A stretch of 64,000 nucleotides of DNA, from the NCBI GenBank assembly GCA_021827405.1, contig JAKAVY010000003.1, positions 3,735-67,734 on the forward strand. Direction: 5' to 3'. This stretch comes from Thermoplasmata archaeon. Its GTDB lineage: Archaea > Thermoplasmatota > Thermoplasmata > Lutacidiplasmatales > UBA184. The notes under the pieces are model-generated. The model saw only the letters and a list, made by a program, of their open reading frames with translations, did not search any database and had not been told where the DNA came from. Below, piece after piece: positions 38,559 to 48,065 of this stretch (position 1 is its first letter; every line of letters starts with the position of its first letter). The translations under genes were made by a program, and so were the position numbers.

Positions 38559-39130
38559 GTCCCCTTCTCCTCCTGATCCTCCTTGAAGATCGGGTTCAGC
38601 ACCTTGAGCCCCCGGCGGCGCGCCAGCTCCTCCAGCACGAGGCGCTTGCGCACGCCCACCCCGTGGGCGATGATGGCGGCCTCCCGCTTGGGGTTCAACC
38701 CCTCCACCATCCGTGCGTTCTCCACCCGGACCGGTCGGAACCCGGCGGGCGTCAGCCCCCGGATCGCCCGGGGGGTGCCGAAGCCCACCGAGACCACCGT
38801 CGGCCGGAAACCATAGTGCCGCCGCTGCTTCGACTGGACCCCCCGGGGAGCCCGCCAGGAGCCCCGCCGCCGGATCCGGAGGTACCGGTGGCTCTGCTGC
38901 CGGACGAACTTGGGTCGCCGGCGCCTCCGGGCGCTTCGGACGGTCAGGAGCCGGCGCTCTCCCGGGGAAAGCTCCGCCCGGCGCGGGGGCAGGACCTCCT
39001 CGGGGGCCGCCCCCTTCCCTGCCCCTTCCGCCTCCTTCACCGGGACGGCCTTGGTGGGCTTTCGGCGGGGGGCGGGCTTCGGGGTCGGGGCCGGCTCCGG
39101 GACCGAAGCCGGCGCCTCGTCCGGGCTCAT
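38555..39130 (-). CDS. rpl32e: ribosomal protein L32e with an N-terminal extension
   Basis: PKFVRQQSHRYLRI...WRAPRGVQSKQR is present. Confidence 0.8.
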   Translation of the reverse strand: MSPDEAPASVPEPAPTPKPAPRRKPTKAVPVKEAEGAGKGAAPEEVLPPRRAELSPGERRLLTVRSARRRRRPKFVRQQSHRYLRIRRRGSWRAPRGVQSKQRRHYGFRPTVVSVGFGTPRAIRGLTPAGFRPVRVENARMVEGLNPKREAAIIAHGVGVRKRLVLEELARRRGLKVLNPIFKEDQEEKGT

Positions 39131-39684
39131 GCGGCCTCCTTGGGGCGGGGCTTCTGCGTGATGTAGATGCCGTCCTGGAAGACCCGGGGGTCGTAGTTGC
39201 GGATGTGCGTGGCCCGTTCCAGGTTGGCGGCGGACTGGCCCACCGCCTCTAAGTCCGGGCCTTCCAGCAGGATCTCCTCGCCCTGGACCGTGGCCACGGT
39301 CCCGCCCACCAGCGACGAGCGACGGGGGTGCTTCTCCCCCAGGAAGTTCTCGATGACCACCCCTCCGTCCCGGGCAGAGAGCTTCATGGGGAAGTGGGCC
39401 GCCACCCCCTTGGCCCGCGCCTCGAAGCCCTGCTGGGCCCCGGTCACCAGGTTCGCCAGATGGCTCTTCCAGGTCCCCAAGAGGGCCCCGGTGCGTTTCC
39501 GCGCCGGCAACCGTAGCGTCAGCCGGAGCGTCTCCTTCTCCACGGTGAGGGCCAGGACGTTCTCGGGGAACGGGCGGGAGACCTTGCCCTTCGGGCCTTC
39601 GGCGACCACCCGGCCCTCCTTCAGGGCGACCCGGACCCCCTTGGGAAGCGGGAGGGTGGCGGAGGGCTCCTCCTCAGTAGACAT
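39127..39684 (-). CDS. rpl6: ribosomal protein L6 (uL6)
   Basis: It has two L6 alpha/beta domains. The order S8-L6-L32e is conserved. Confidence 0.85.
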   Translation of the reverse strand: MSTEEEPSATLPLPKGVRVALKEGRVVAEGPKGKVSRPFPENVLALTVEKETLRLTLRLPARKRTGALLGTWKSHLANLVTGAQQGFEARAKGVAAHFPMKLSARDGGVVIENFLGEKHPRRSSLVGGTVATVQGEEILLEGPDLEAVGQSAANLERATHIRNYDPRVFQDGIYITQKPRPKEAA

Positions 39685-40063
39685 ACGCGAGCACCTTCCC
39701 CCCCAGGCCGAGCTCCCGGGCCTTCTGGTGGCTCAAGACCCCCTGGTTCGTGGTCAGGATGAGCAGGCCGAAGTCCTGCGCCGGGAGGAAGCGGCTCTCG
39801 TAGCGCTCCAGGTCGGAGACGGAGAGCGCGGCCCGGGGGCGGACCACCCCGCAGGCGTTGATCCGGCGGCTCAGGCTCACCTGGTAGGACCCGCCCCGGC
39901 CGTTCTCCACGTAGGTGAACTCCTTGACGAACCCGTTCTCCTTGAGGATGCCCAGGACGTTCCCCACCAGCCGGGAGACCGGGGCGAGGGTGACGGTCTC
40001 CTTCCCCCGGTCGTCCGCGTTCCTGAGCGTGACCAGGGCGTCGTTCAACAGGTCCTGCCGCAT
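39674..40063 (-). CDS. rps8: ribosomal protein S8 (uS8)
   Basis: MRQDLLNDALVTLRNADDRGKETV...GGKVLAYVY is present. Confidence 0.85.
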   Translation of the reverse strand: MRQDLLNDALVTLRNADDRGKETVTLAPVSRLVGNVLGILKENGFVKEFTYVENGRGGSYQVSLSRRINACGVVRPRAALSVSDLERYESRFLPAQDFGLLILTTNQGVLSHQKARELGLGGKVLAYVY

Positions 40064-40074
40064 CGTCTCCCTCC

Positions 40075-40221
40075 TTACTGGTACTTGCGGAAGCCCAGGT
40101 CCATGGCCACTTCCCTAAAACATTGACGGCAGAAGTGGAGGCCATAGCGCCGCACGATGCCGCGCTTGCGCCCGCACCGGGAACACCCCAGCTTCCGTCC
40201 GAACATCCTCTTGGGCTTCAC
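40075..40221 (-). CDS. rps14: ribosomal protein S14 (uS14), zinc-binding type Z; below the size cutoff of the ORF track
   Basis: The hand translation reads (V)[47 protein letters not shown], with CxxC...CxxC. It is 9 nt downstream of the L5 stop. Confidence 0.7.
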   Translation of the reverse strand: MKPKRMFGRKLGCSRCGRKRGIVRRYGLHFCRQCFREVAMDLGFRKYQ

Positions 40222-40230
40222 CGCTTCCCC

Positions 40231-40731
40231 TCACTCCAGGAACTTGACGCCGAAGGACTGCTCAAGGAAGCGCCGGGTCTCCTCGGGGTTCGGACGCTGC
40301 CGCCGAGGGAGCGGCCGGGGGGACCGGTTCCGCGCCCGGATCCGGACGCCGGGCCGGGCGAGCTCCACGCAGACGTCGAGCCCGAAGATCCCGATCTTCG
40401 GATCGTACTTCATCCCGTCGAAGTCCGTGTAATCCGGCACACCGAAGGCGAAGTTCCCGGCCCGGTCCACGCTCTCCGGGTCCAGCTGGTCCTCCCGGGT
40501 CTTCAGCGCGCGTCGGAGGAACGTCTCCGCGTCCGCCCCGCGCAACGTCACCTTCGCCCCGATCTCCATCCCGAGCCGCGTCCCCAGGTCCCGGTTCGTG
40601 GACCGGGCCCGGGTGGAGACCGGCTTGTGGCCGGTGAGCATGGTGATCACCCGCTCGGCCTTGGTCCGCCGCTCCCCCGCTTCCCCGACGCCGATGTTCA
40701 CCACGACCTTCAGCAGCCGGAGCCGACGCAT
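40231..40731 (-). CDS. rpl5: ribosomal protein L5 (uL5)
   Basis: HPMRRLRLLKVVVNIGVGEAGE is present. The start is taken at MRRLRL; a longer track ORF would overlap S4e by 4 nt. Confidence 0.85.
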   Translation of the reverse strand: MRRLRLLKVVVNIGVGEAGERRTKAERVITMLTGHKPVSTRARSTNRDLGTRLGMEIGAKVTLRGADAETFLRRALKTREDQLDPESVDRAGNFAFGVPDYTDFDGMKYDPKIGIFGLDVCVELARPGVRIRARNRSPRPLPRRQRPNPEETRRFLEQSFGVKFLE

Positions 40732-40799
40732 GGGGTGGTCCGATCCGGGAAGGGAGGCCGGGGCGGGGGACGCCGTCGCGGCGGCGGGCTCGGGACCCA

Positions 40800-41516
40800 T
40801 CATGGGCCGAGACCCTCCGGCAACGTCACCTGGGGCCGCTCCTGGCCGACCACGAAGACGTAGTCCTTGATGGTGAAGAACCCCTCCTTGAAGTGGATCC
40901 GGTTCGCCTGGGAGGAGGTGAGGACCTCCACCCGCTCCACCCGGGCCAGCTCCCCCACGTGGCTACCCCCGGCGATGTAGGCCAGCGCCTGGGCGGCGAG
41001 GGGAAGCCGCTCGAGCACCTTCTGGCCGGGCAGCTCCAGACGGACCGTGTCCCCCACCCGGAACTCGGTGTTGGGGGCCACCAGGACGTTACGGCCATCG
41101 TGGAGCGCCAGGGAGACCTGGCCCCCCGGGACGGTGTGCTTCCCCCGGACGCGGCCGAGCTTGAAGGAGGCCTCGGCGTGCGGGATGGGCAGCAGCCGGA
41201 GCTTCCCGCGCTTGTCCTTGAGGACGCGGTAGTCCTGCCCCGGGGAGCTCCCCAGGCTCAGGACGTCCATGAGCCCCAGGCCCCGGGCGGGGTCCTTCAC
41301 CACCTTGCCGTCGACCCGGACCTTCCCTTCCCGCAACAGGAGGCGCGCCTCGCGCTGGGAGCGCACGACCTTGAGCAGGTCCCTCAGGACCAGGAGCACC
41401 GGGAGGCACTCCTCCTGGGGGTGGGGCCCCGGGCTGGGGCGTTGCACCCACTTGGTCCCCTTGCGGGGCACGGGCCAGGTCCGGGGGCTGGCGGCCCGCT
41501 TCAGACGGAACGGCAT
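40800..41516 (-). CDS. rps4e: ribosomal protein S4e
   Basis: It has S4 and KOW domains, with HLKRAASPRTWPVPRKGTKWV. Confidence 0.85.
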   Translation of the reverse strand: MPFRLKRAASPRTWPVPRKGTKWVQRPSPGPHPQEECLPVLLVLRDLLKVVRSQREARLLLREGKVRVDGKVVKDPARGLGLMDVLSLGSSPGQDYRVLKDKRGKLRLLPIPHAEASFKLGRVRGKHTVPGGQVSLALHDGRNVLVAPNTEFRVGDTVRLELPGQKVLERLPLAAQALAYIAGGSHVGELARVERVEVLTSSQANRIHFKEGFFTIKDYVFVVGQERPQVTLPEGLGP

Positions 41517-41520
41517 GGGA

Positions 41521-41970
41521 TCAGCCCTCCTCCGGGGGGGAAGGGGACGCGGTCTCCGGGGCCGCCTCCGGGGGGGCCTCGGGGGCCTCCGCCTCCTCGG
41601 GAGAGGGTTCGGGGGCGTGCAGGACCCGGCGGCGCCAGGCGTCGGAGAGGTTCAATCGGGTGAGCAAGAGATGCCCGGGGTTCAAGGGCAACTGCTGCAG
41701 CTTCTTGTCCGCCTTGCGGAGCGTCACGTTGTCCAGGATCAAGCGCCGGTTCTTCCGGTCCACCCGGGCCACGCGCTCCTCCCGGCCCACGAAGGACCCG
41801 GCGAGCACCCGGACCGTGTCGCCCTTGCGCACCGTGAGGCGCCGGCGGTGATAGCGGGTCCTGAGCTCCTTGGAGAGCGGGAGCACCATCACCATGCCCC
41901 GGCGGTGCACCGGGCGGTTGAACTGGGCCTTCCGTTGCCGCCGGGGTTGCCGGGAACTCGTCTCGACCAT
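41521..41970 (-). CDS. rpl24: ribosomal protein L24 (uL24)
   Basis: The KOW motif is RKGDTVRVLAGSFVGREERV. It has an acidic/Pro C-terminal tail. Confidence 0.8.
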   Translation of the reverse strand: MVETSSRQPRRQRKAQFNRPVHRRGMVMVLPLSKELRTRYHRRRLTVRKGDTVRVLAGSFVGREERVARVDRKNRRLILDNVTLRKADKKLQQLPLNPGHLLLTRLNLSDAWRRRVLHAPEPSPEEAEAPEAPPEAAPETASPSPPEEG

Positions 41971-41978
41971 GCTCTTCC

Positions 41979-42377
41979 TCAGACGATCATGGAGGCGGCC
42001 GCCGCGATCCGGGGCCAGCGCTCCGCCGCCTCCTTGGCCACCGGGCCTTTGATCTGGGAGCCCTTCGTCTCCCCGGTCTCGGTGGTGATCACCGCGGCGT
42101 TGTCCTCGAAGAGGAGCCTCAGGCCGTCGGCCCGGTGCACGGGGGAGCGGCTCCGGACGATCACCGCGTGGAGCACCTGGCGACGCATCTCGGGCGTCCC
42201 CTTCTTCACGGAGACGATCACCAGGTCGCCGATGCCGGCCCGGGGATACCGCCGGTGATGTCCGTGCCAGTTCCGGACGGCGATGATCTCCACCACCTTG
42301 GCGCCGGTGTTGTCGGCACAGTCCAGTCGGGCCCCCTTGGGGAGCCCCCGGCCCCGGCGACCCGCCAGTCCCTTCAT
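41979..42377 (-). CDS. rpl14: ribosomal protein L14 (uL14)
   Basis: [18 protein letters not shown] is present. The upstream part of the track ORF is not coding for L14. Confidence 0.85.
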   Translation of the reverse strand: MKGLAGRRGRGLPKGARLDCADNTGAKVVEIIAVRNWHGHHRRYPRAGIGDLVIVSVKKGTPEMRRQVLHAVIVRSRSPVHRADGLRLLFEDNAAVITTETGETKGSQIKGPVAKEAAERWPRIAAAASMIV

Positions 42378-42904
42378 GGGGAGGTCTCCGGGGGGTTCTC
42401 CGGCGTTTCGGGCGCCTTCACCGGTCGGGCGACCACGGGTTCCTCCCCCCGCGTGCCTAGGTCCCCCCGGCCCAGGTCCGCCACCACCACGAAGCTCACG
42501 TTCTTCGCCAAGGACCGGGTCTCGGCGATGCGGACGCGCCGACCCTCGGCGATCTTGAGACAGGGAGGGGCGTGGGCGAGGTAGCGGTGCCGCCGCTTGG
42601 CGTAGCGCTCGTACTTGCTCACGTAGTTGAGGACGGTACGGCTCACCACCACCGTCCCCTGCATCTTCGCCGAGACCACCAGGCCCTCGAGCACCTGCCC
42701 GCGGACCTTCACGTGGCCATGGAAGGGGCACTTGGCATCGGCACAGCTCTCCTTCGGGAGCCGTACGTCGAGGCCGATGTCCCGGGCCCGCGGGCCCTCC
42801 CCGGGAGGGCGCTCCTTCCGAGGAGGCGCGGCCTTCGGGGCGACCGGCCGGGCCGGGGCCCGGCGCGCGCGCGGTAGGACAGCTTTCTCGCTAGGGGTGC
42901 TCAT
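42374..42904 (-). CDS. rps17: ribosomal protein S17 (uS17) with a long N-terminal extension
   Basis: [29 protein letters not shown] is the OB fold. Confidence 0.8.
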   Translation of the reverse strand: MSTPSEKAVLPRARRAPARPVAPKAAPPRKERPPGEGPRARDIGLDVRLPKESCADAKCPFHGHVKVRGQVLEGLVVSAKMQGTVVVSRTVLNYVSKYERYAKRRHRYLAHAPPCLKIAEGRRVRIAETRSLAKNVSFVVVADLGRGDLGTRGEEPVVARPVKAPETPENPPETSP

Positions 42905-43206
42905 GCTCGTCGCCCCCGGCCCCGGGGGGCCAGGCGCTTGATCCGGTCCTCGGGGCGCAGCCGTAGCCCCTCTCCGCTTAAGGGTATCTCTTCCGTCCCC
43001 AGGTCCAGCCGGGCCCTAAGGCCGGCCTTGGGGACCCCCCGGGCCCGCCGGGCGCCCGGGGGCCGGAGGTAGAACATCTGCTTCGTCTCGTCCACCACCT
43101 GCCCCCGAAAGGGCAGGGGGACGAACCCGGGGGCGCTCAGCACAGTGAGGTCCCGCCCGATGAACTCTCCCATGAGGTCGGAGGGTCTCGCGTCCCGGAC
43201 CGTCAT
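42901..43206 (-). CDS. rnp1: RNase P protein component 1 (Rpp29/Pop4)
   Basis: LMGEFIGRDLTVLSAPGFVPLPFRGQVVDETKQMFYL is present. It sits at the conserved position between L29 and S17. Confidence 0.65.
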   Translation of the reverse strand: MTVRDARPSDLMGEFIGRDLTVLSAPGFVPLPFRGQVVDETKQMFYLRPPGARRARGVPKAGLRARLDLGTEEIPLSGEGLRLRPEDRIKRLAPRGRGRRA

Positions 43207-43463
43207 CGGACCTCGGGTCCCTCGGAACCGACGAACCGGCGCTCCCGCACCACCACCTTGAGCCCCAGGCGACGCTCGTGCTGGATGGTGAGGGCCCGGG
43301 CCAGGTTCGTGCGGAGCGCCCGGAGCCGGCCGGGGGACGGGGGCGCACCGCCCATGGCGGCGACCCCCCGCTCGCGCAAGAGGTCGTTCTCCAGGTCCAC
43401 CACCTTCTTGGCGAGCTGCTCGTCGGTCATCTCCCGGATCTCCCGGGTCCGAAGGAGCGTCAC
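43203..43463 (-). CDS. rpl29: ribosomal protein L29 (uL29)
   Basis: LRTREIREMTDEQLAKKVVDLENDLLRERG is present. The start, probably GTG, overlaps the S3 stop. Confidence 0.7.
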   Translation of the reverse strand: MTLLRTREIREMTDEQLAKKVVDLENDLLRERGVAAMGGAPPSPGRLRALRTNLARALTIQHERRLGLKVVVRERRFVGSEGPEVR

Positions 43464-44152
43464 GGGCCGGGGACCTCCGCCCCCTCCAACGGGGGCTCCT
43501 CCGGCGGCAGCGTGGGAGGCGTGGGGACCACCACGGGGATGACCTCCCCCGAGGGGGCCTGGATCTTGATCTCGTCCGGCATCCGGGCGTCTGCGTGCAT
43601 GATCCAGACCGTCACCCCGATGACGCCCGGCTTGAGCTTCGCCTGGGTGAACCCCCGGTCCATGTCGAAGAGGGAGGCCTGCCCGCAGTACTTGATCATC
43701 CCCGCCTTGAACCGCTCGGTGCGGTGCCGCTCGCCGGTGAGCTTGCCGGAGAGCACCACCTGGCAGCCCCGGGCCCCGCTCTCCATGATCCGACGCACGG
43801 TGGAGTGCCCGGCCCGGCGGAAGTGCCATCCCCGCTCCAGCGTGGAGGCCAGCTTCTCGCTCATGAGCTGGGCGTTCAGGTTCGGCCGCTTCTCCTCCAG
43901 CACCTCGATCTGAGGGTTGTCCACCGCATAGTCGTTGGCGAGCGTGCTGGTCAGCTGCTTGATGAACTCCCCCCGCCGGCCGATGATGATCCCGGGCCGC
44001 TCGCAGATGAGCGTGATCCGGGTTCCCATGGGGGTCCGCTGGATGTCCAGCCCGCCGAAGCCGGCCCGCTGGGCCTGGGAGACCAGGTAGTCCTTCAGGA
44101 GCACCCGGTGCGAGCCCTCTTGGATGAACTTCCGCTCTTGCGCCATGGTCAC
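43460..44152 (-). CDS. rps3: ribosomal protein S3 (uS3)
   Basis: It has KH and S3-C domains, with GIIIGRRGEFIKQL. Confidence 0.85.
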   Translation of the reverse strand: MTMAQERKFIQEGSHRVLLKDYLVSQAQRAGFGGLDIQRTPMGTRITLICERPGIIIGRRGEFIKQLTSTLANDYAVDNPQIEVLEEKRPNLNAQLMSEKLASTLERGWHFRRAGHSTVRRIMESGARGCQVVLSGKLTGERHRTERFKAGMIKYCGQASLFDMDRGFTQAKLKPGVIGVTVWIMHADARMPDEIKIQAPSGEVIPVVVPTPPTLPPEEPPLEGAEVPGP

Positions 44153-44601
44153 TTCTCCCGCTCGGCCAGCACGATCTCCACGTGCGTGGTCTGCTCGTTC
44201 CAGTTCGTGGCCCGGCCGTGCGCCCGGGGCATGACGGCCTTCACGATCTGCCCCCGGGCGGCCGAGGCCACCTCCACCACCAGCCGGTCCGTGTCCATCC
44301 CCTCATACTCGGCATTGGCCTCCGCGTTCCCCAGGACCTCCAAGACCCGCTCGGCCACCTTCACCGGGAAGCGTCCCGGCCCCGCCTGGGGCTTGTGGGC
44401 CACCTCCTGGTTGTAGCGGCGGAAGGGGACCGGGCGCTTGAGCGCGGCCACGTCCTCGAGGAAGCTCCGGGCCTCCTCCAGCGGGCGGCCCCGGATGGCG
44501 TTCAGCACCTCGTAGGTCTTCTTGGGGGAGATGTGGAGCTCCAGGCCCCGGGCCCGGGCCACGGCCTTCCCCTTCTTCCCGGCGTAGGTGTACCCCTTCA
44601 T
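44149..44601 (-). CDS. rpl22: ribosomal protein L22 (uL22)
   Basis: ARARGLELHISPKKTYEVLNAIRG is present. Confidence 0.85.
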   Translation of the reverse strand: MKGYTYAGKKGKAVARARGLELHISPKKTYEVLNAIRGRPLEEARSFLEDVAALKRPVPFRRYNQEVAHKPQAGPGRFPVKVAERVLEVLGNAEANAEYEGMDTDRLVVEVASAARGQIVKAVMPRAHGRATNWNEQTTHVEIVLAEREK

Positions 44602-44611
44602 CCCCTCCCCC

Positions 44612-45040
44612 TCACTTCAACGGCATGAACTTCGAGCTCCGCGTGGCCCCCACCCCGGGGCCGGAGTGCTTGGAGAAGTTCCGCGTGAGGCAGAACTCCC
44701 CCAGATAGTGCCCGATCATCTCCGGGCGGATCTCCACGTCCCGGAACTCCTTCCCGGAGAAGATCGCCACCCGCTTCCCGACGAAGGCCGGGAGCACCAG
44801 CACATCGCGGTTGTGGGTCCGCACGGGCTTTCCCCCGACCGGGGCCCCGCTCAAGCGCTCCACCAGGACCTGCTGCTCGGGGTTGAACCCCCGGCGGAGG
44901 GTCCGCCGCGCCCGGGCCGTGAGCAGCTTCGCGAGCTCGGGCAGGGGAAGGGCGGCCAGCTCCGGCAAGGTCTTTCCCCGGAGCGTGAACTCCTTCTTCT
45001 TCCTGAGCTCCGTGCCCTTCTTCCGCGTGCGCTTGGCCAT
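44612..45040 (-). CDS. rps19: ribosomal protein S19 (uS19)
   Basis: GKEFRDVEIRPEMIGHYLGEFCLTRNF is present. Confidence 0.85.
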   Translation of the reverse strand: MAKRTRKKGTELRKKKEFTLRGKTLPELAALPLPELAKLLTARARRTLRRGFNPEQQVLVERLSGAPVGGKPVRTHNRDVLVLPAFVGKRVAIFSGKEFRDVEIRPEMIGHYLGEFCLTRNFSKHSGPGVGATRSSKFMPLK

Positions 45041-45049
45041 GCCCCCTCC

Positions 45050-45778
45050 TTACGCGCTCCTCTTCCGGGACCCTCGCCGGCGTTGCTTCGGCCGCTTCCC
45101 GTAGCGGCCCACCTTCGCGCCCGGCCAGGTCCCGTAGGAGACGCTGCTCGGCCGTCCGACGTGCTGGTGCGCTCCCCCCCCGAAGGGGTGGTTCACCGGG
45201 TTCATCGCCACGCCGCGCACCTTGAACGGGGCCTTGGCCAGGGAACGGTAGGCCCAGACCTTCTTCCCCGCCTTGACGAACGGGCGATCGGCCCGGCCCC
45301 CTCCGGCCACCGGGCCGACCTGGGCCCGGCACCGGGGAGCGAAGGACTTGAAGTGGCCGCTGGGCAACTGCAGGGTGACCTCCTCGGACCGGTGGGCCAC
45401 CACCAGCGCCGAGGCCCCGGCGGAACGGACCAGCTTCCCCCCATCGTTGGGCTGGACCTCGATGTTGGAGACCAGGGTGCCGTCCGGGATGTCCCCCAGG
45501 ATGAGCACCGACCCCCGGGCCACCGGGCCGACGCCCAAGGTGATGGGGTCCCCCGTGGCGGAACCGGCATTCGCGATCAACCGGTAGATCCGCCCCTCGG
45601 GGGTCTCCACCTCGGCCACCGGCGAGCTCCGTCCGGGAGCGTGGAGCAGCGAACGGATGGTGGCCTCCCCGGGTTCCCGGGCGTCCGGGAGCTTCACGGC
45701 CCCGTGGTGCCGGTGGCTGGGGGAACGGTAGGTAGGAGTGCCGGCGCCCCGCCGGCGAGGGATGATGCGCTTTCCCAT
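45050..45778 (-). CDS. rpl2: ribosomal protein L2 (uL2)
   Basis: MGKRIIPRRRGAGT...GVAMNPVNHPFGGGAHQHVGRPS is present. The upstream part of the track ORF is spurious. Confidence 0.9.
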   Translation of the reverse strand: MGKRIIPRRRGAGTPTYRSPSHRHHGAVKLPDAREPGEATIRSLLHAPGRSSPVAEVETPEGRIYRLIANAGSATGDPITLGVGPVARGSVLILGDIPDGTLVSNIEVQPNDGGKLVRSAGASALVVAHRSEEVTLQLPSGHFKSFAPRCRAQVGPVAGGGRADRPFVKAGKKVWAYRSLAKAPFKVRGVAMNPVNHPFGGGAHQHVGRPSSVSYGTWPGAKVGRYGKRPKQRRRGSRKRSA

Positions 45779-46044
45779 CAGAACACCCCCGCCCTGGAGC
45801 CGATGTCCTCCGCCGAGAAGTCCTTGCGGAAGCGCACGGTGGCGATCTTCCCGGCGATGCCGATCTTCACGTTCACCTTGAGCACCTTGGCCTGGTAGAG
45901 CTCCTCCACGGCCTTCTTGATCATGGGACGGGTGGCGTGGCGCGCCACCATGAACTCGAGCTTGTTCTGCCGCTCCATCTCCCCCATCGCCTTCTCGGTC
46001 ACGTAGGCGTGCAGGATGACGCGCTCGGGGCCGCCCCGGCTCAT
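45778..46044 (-). CDS. rpl23: ribosomal protein L23 (uL23)
   Basis: ILHAYVTEKAMGEMERQNKLEFMV is present. Confidence 0.85.
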   Translation of the reverse strand: MSRGGPERVILHAYVTEKAMGEMERQNKLEFMVARHATRPMIKKAVEELYQAKVLKVNVKIGIAGKIATVRFRKDFSAEDIGSRAGVF

Positions 46045-46907
46045 GGGGCCCTCCCACCGGCGGCCGTCCCGGAGGGCTGCGCATAGCGCTCGCCCAAGAG
46101 CTTCAACGTGCCGGGCGTGTAGACGGTGAGCCGGCCCGGGACCCCCCCAGGGGCGAGGTGCTCCGTGCCGAGGGAATGGATGGGGACCACATCCACCCCG
46201 GGGAAGTTCTGGAAGCCCCGGGCCCGTCCCGGGGCGCTCACCACCACGAGGAGGCTCAAGGGGTGCCGCCGGACCCTTCCCCGGAGCTTCCCGCGGCCGG
46301 CACGGACGTGGACGCCGTCGGAGGCCCTCTTGACGTCCGTCCAGAGCCCGGTACCTTCCAGGATCTCCCGGGCCCGGGCGGCGGAGTCCACCTCCTCTAA
46401 GGCATCGTCAAAGACCACCGGGAAGTGCAGATGGTCCGGCACCTCGTGCCCCCTCTCCAGGGCCCAGCGGGCGTCGCGGGTGGCCGCCAGCGCGCTGATG
46501 AGGGCGCGTCGCCGTTCCTTGGCGTTGATCTTCTGGGCCCAGATCGTGTCGGGCCTGGGGGGGTGGGCCCCCCGCCCTCCCACCGTGTTCGGGGCCTGGG
46601 CCCCCCGGTTCGACTCCATGAGCCGGGGCGTACGGGAGACCCCGTGCCCCTTGCCCGACCAGCGGACGGAATGGCGCATCCCCGCCTTGCGGCTGGGGCC
46701 GTAGGGCTGCCGCCGGTTCGCCTGGGCCGCCCGGACCGCCCGGGCCACCAGGTCCGGTCGGACGACCTCGGAGAAGACCTCAGGGAGCGCCAGGGTCTCC
46801 CCCGCTTTCCCCTCCAAGGTCAACACGTGGATGCGATGTCCCTTGGCCGGACCGGAAGGCCCGGAGGGGGACCGGCGCCGACGGGGGGTCTTCAGTTCCT
46901 CGTCCAT
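46041..46907 (-). CDS. rpl4: ribosomal protein L4 (uL4, L1e)
   Basis: It is the archaeal L4 fold and overlaps L23 by 4 nt. Confidence 0.85.
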   Translation of the reverse strand: MDEELKTPRRRRSPSGPSGPAKGHRIHVLTLEGKAGETLALPEVFSEVVRPDLVARAVRAAQANRRQPYGPSRKAGMRHSVRWSGKGHGVSRTPRLMESNRGAQAPNTVGGRGAHPPRPDTIWAQKINAKERRRALISALAATRDARWALERGHEVPDHLHFPVVFDDALEEVDSAARAREILEGTGLWTDVKRASDGVHVRAGRGKLRGRVRRHPLSLLVVVSAPGRARGFQNFPGVDVVPIHSLGTEHLAPGGVPGRLTVYTPGTLKLLGERYAQPSGTAAGGRAP

Positions 46908-46913
46908 GCGGTC

Positions 46914-47918
46914 CTAGGCCCCCTGCTTGCTCTGGGTGGAGAAGTAGCGGAGGTCCACCTTCTCCGGTAGGCTGCCGGCGAAGCGCATGGGCATCCGGAG
47001 CCGGATGAGCCTCTTGGCCGGTCCGGGGATGGAACCGTGGAAGACCAGGTAGGGGCTGCGGATCTCGCCGTAATGGAGGAACCCTCCCTCCATCTTCAGC
47101 GGCTCGGCCTTCGGGTCCCGCACCACCTTGAGGATCCGCTTGTTGTACTCGGTCCGTCGATGGAAGCCCATCTGCCCCGCCTGGGGGATACGATAGGTCA
47201 CGTAGCTGGGGTTGTGCGGACCGAGGGTCCCGATCATCCGCCGGTGCTTCGAGTTCTTCCGGGGCTGGAGCTTCACTCCGAAACGCTTGGTGTGCCCCTG
47301 GAACCCCTTTCCCCGGGTCACCGCCACCACGTCCACCATGTCCCCCTCCTTGGCAAAGTCGTTCACGTCGATCTCCTTGCCCAGCAGGCCCAAGGCGAAG
47401 GACTTGCGTTCGGAGAGGTCCTGACCGGAGACCCGGACCTCGAAGAGCTCGGGCGTCTTCGAGGGCACGCCGGAAAGCAGTTGCGGTTGGGTGTGGACGA
47501 GGAGATGGACGTCCTCCCCCGGGGTCTTCTCCAGCCGGGCCCGGGCCTCCCGGTGATCGAGCTTCTCGGGGAGGGGAAGGCGTCGGCTGAGATGCGGGTC
47601 CGGTTCGTCCGTCCACGCCTCGGCCACCACGCTCCTCCCGTCGCGGCCGCGACCGTAGAGGCGCACCCCCGCCACCTTCAGCGCCGGGGCCTCGAGGACC
47701 GTGACCGGCACGGCCACCTCCTGCCCGGCGGTGGTGGAGCGCTTCCGGTAGTCGACGAGGAAGGCGTGGGTCATCCCCACCTTGTAGGCGGCGAACCCCT
47801 CCACGTGGGGCTTGGCCGGACCGGGGGGCCAGTTACGGAACCGCGGGACGATGCGGATGGCCCGTTTCCGGGGCCAGAATCCCAAGGAACCCCGTCGGGG
47901 TTTGTGTCTCCGGGCCAT
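46914..47918 (-). CDS. rpl3: ribosomal protein L3 (uL3)
   Basis: MARRHKPRRGSLGFWPRKRA...FAAYKVGMTHAF is present. It is the first gene of the cluster. Confidence 0.9.
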   Translation of the reverse strand: MARRHKPRRGSLGFWPRKRAIRIVPRFRNWPPGPAKPHVEGFAAYKVGMTHAFLVDYRKRSTTAGQEVAVPVTVLEAPALKVAGVRLYGRGRDGRSVVAEAWTDEPDPHLSRRLPLPEKLDHREARARLEKTPGEDVHLLVHTQPQLLSGVPSKTPELFEVRVSGQDLSERKSFALGLLGKEIDVNDFAKEGDMVDVVAVTRGKGFQGHTKRFGVKLQPRKNSKHRRMIGTLGPHNPSYVTYRIPQAGQMGFHRRTEYNKRILKVVRDPKAEPLKMEGGFLHYGEIRSPYLVFHGSIPGPAKRLIRLRMPMRFAGSLPEKVDLRYFSTQSKQGA

Positions 47919-47971
47919 TTTCCGTCAGCATCCTCGCGCTGGGTGAACGCGCTCCAATAGGAGGAGGTATT

Positions 47972-47978
47972 TAAGGCT
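47972..47978 (-). promoter_or_regulatory. TATA-like element (TTAAATA on the minus strand) about 55 nt upstream of the L3 start; a candidate promoter of the ribosomal supercluster
   Basis: It lies in the divergent intergenic region between L3 and the threonine dehydratase gene. Confidence 0.25.
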
Positions 47979-48065
47979 GGGGGACGCCGTGGCTATCGGA
48001 GGAGCCGGGAAGCGCCCGGGGGACCGGGGGATGGGATAAAATCCACCGGCGCGGTCCTCCGTTCC

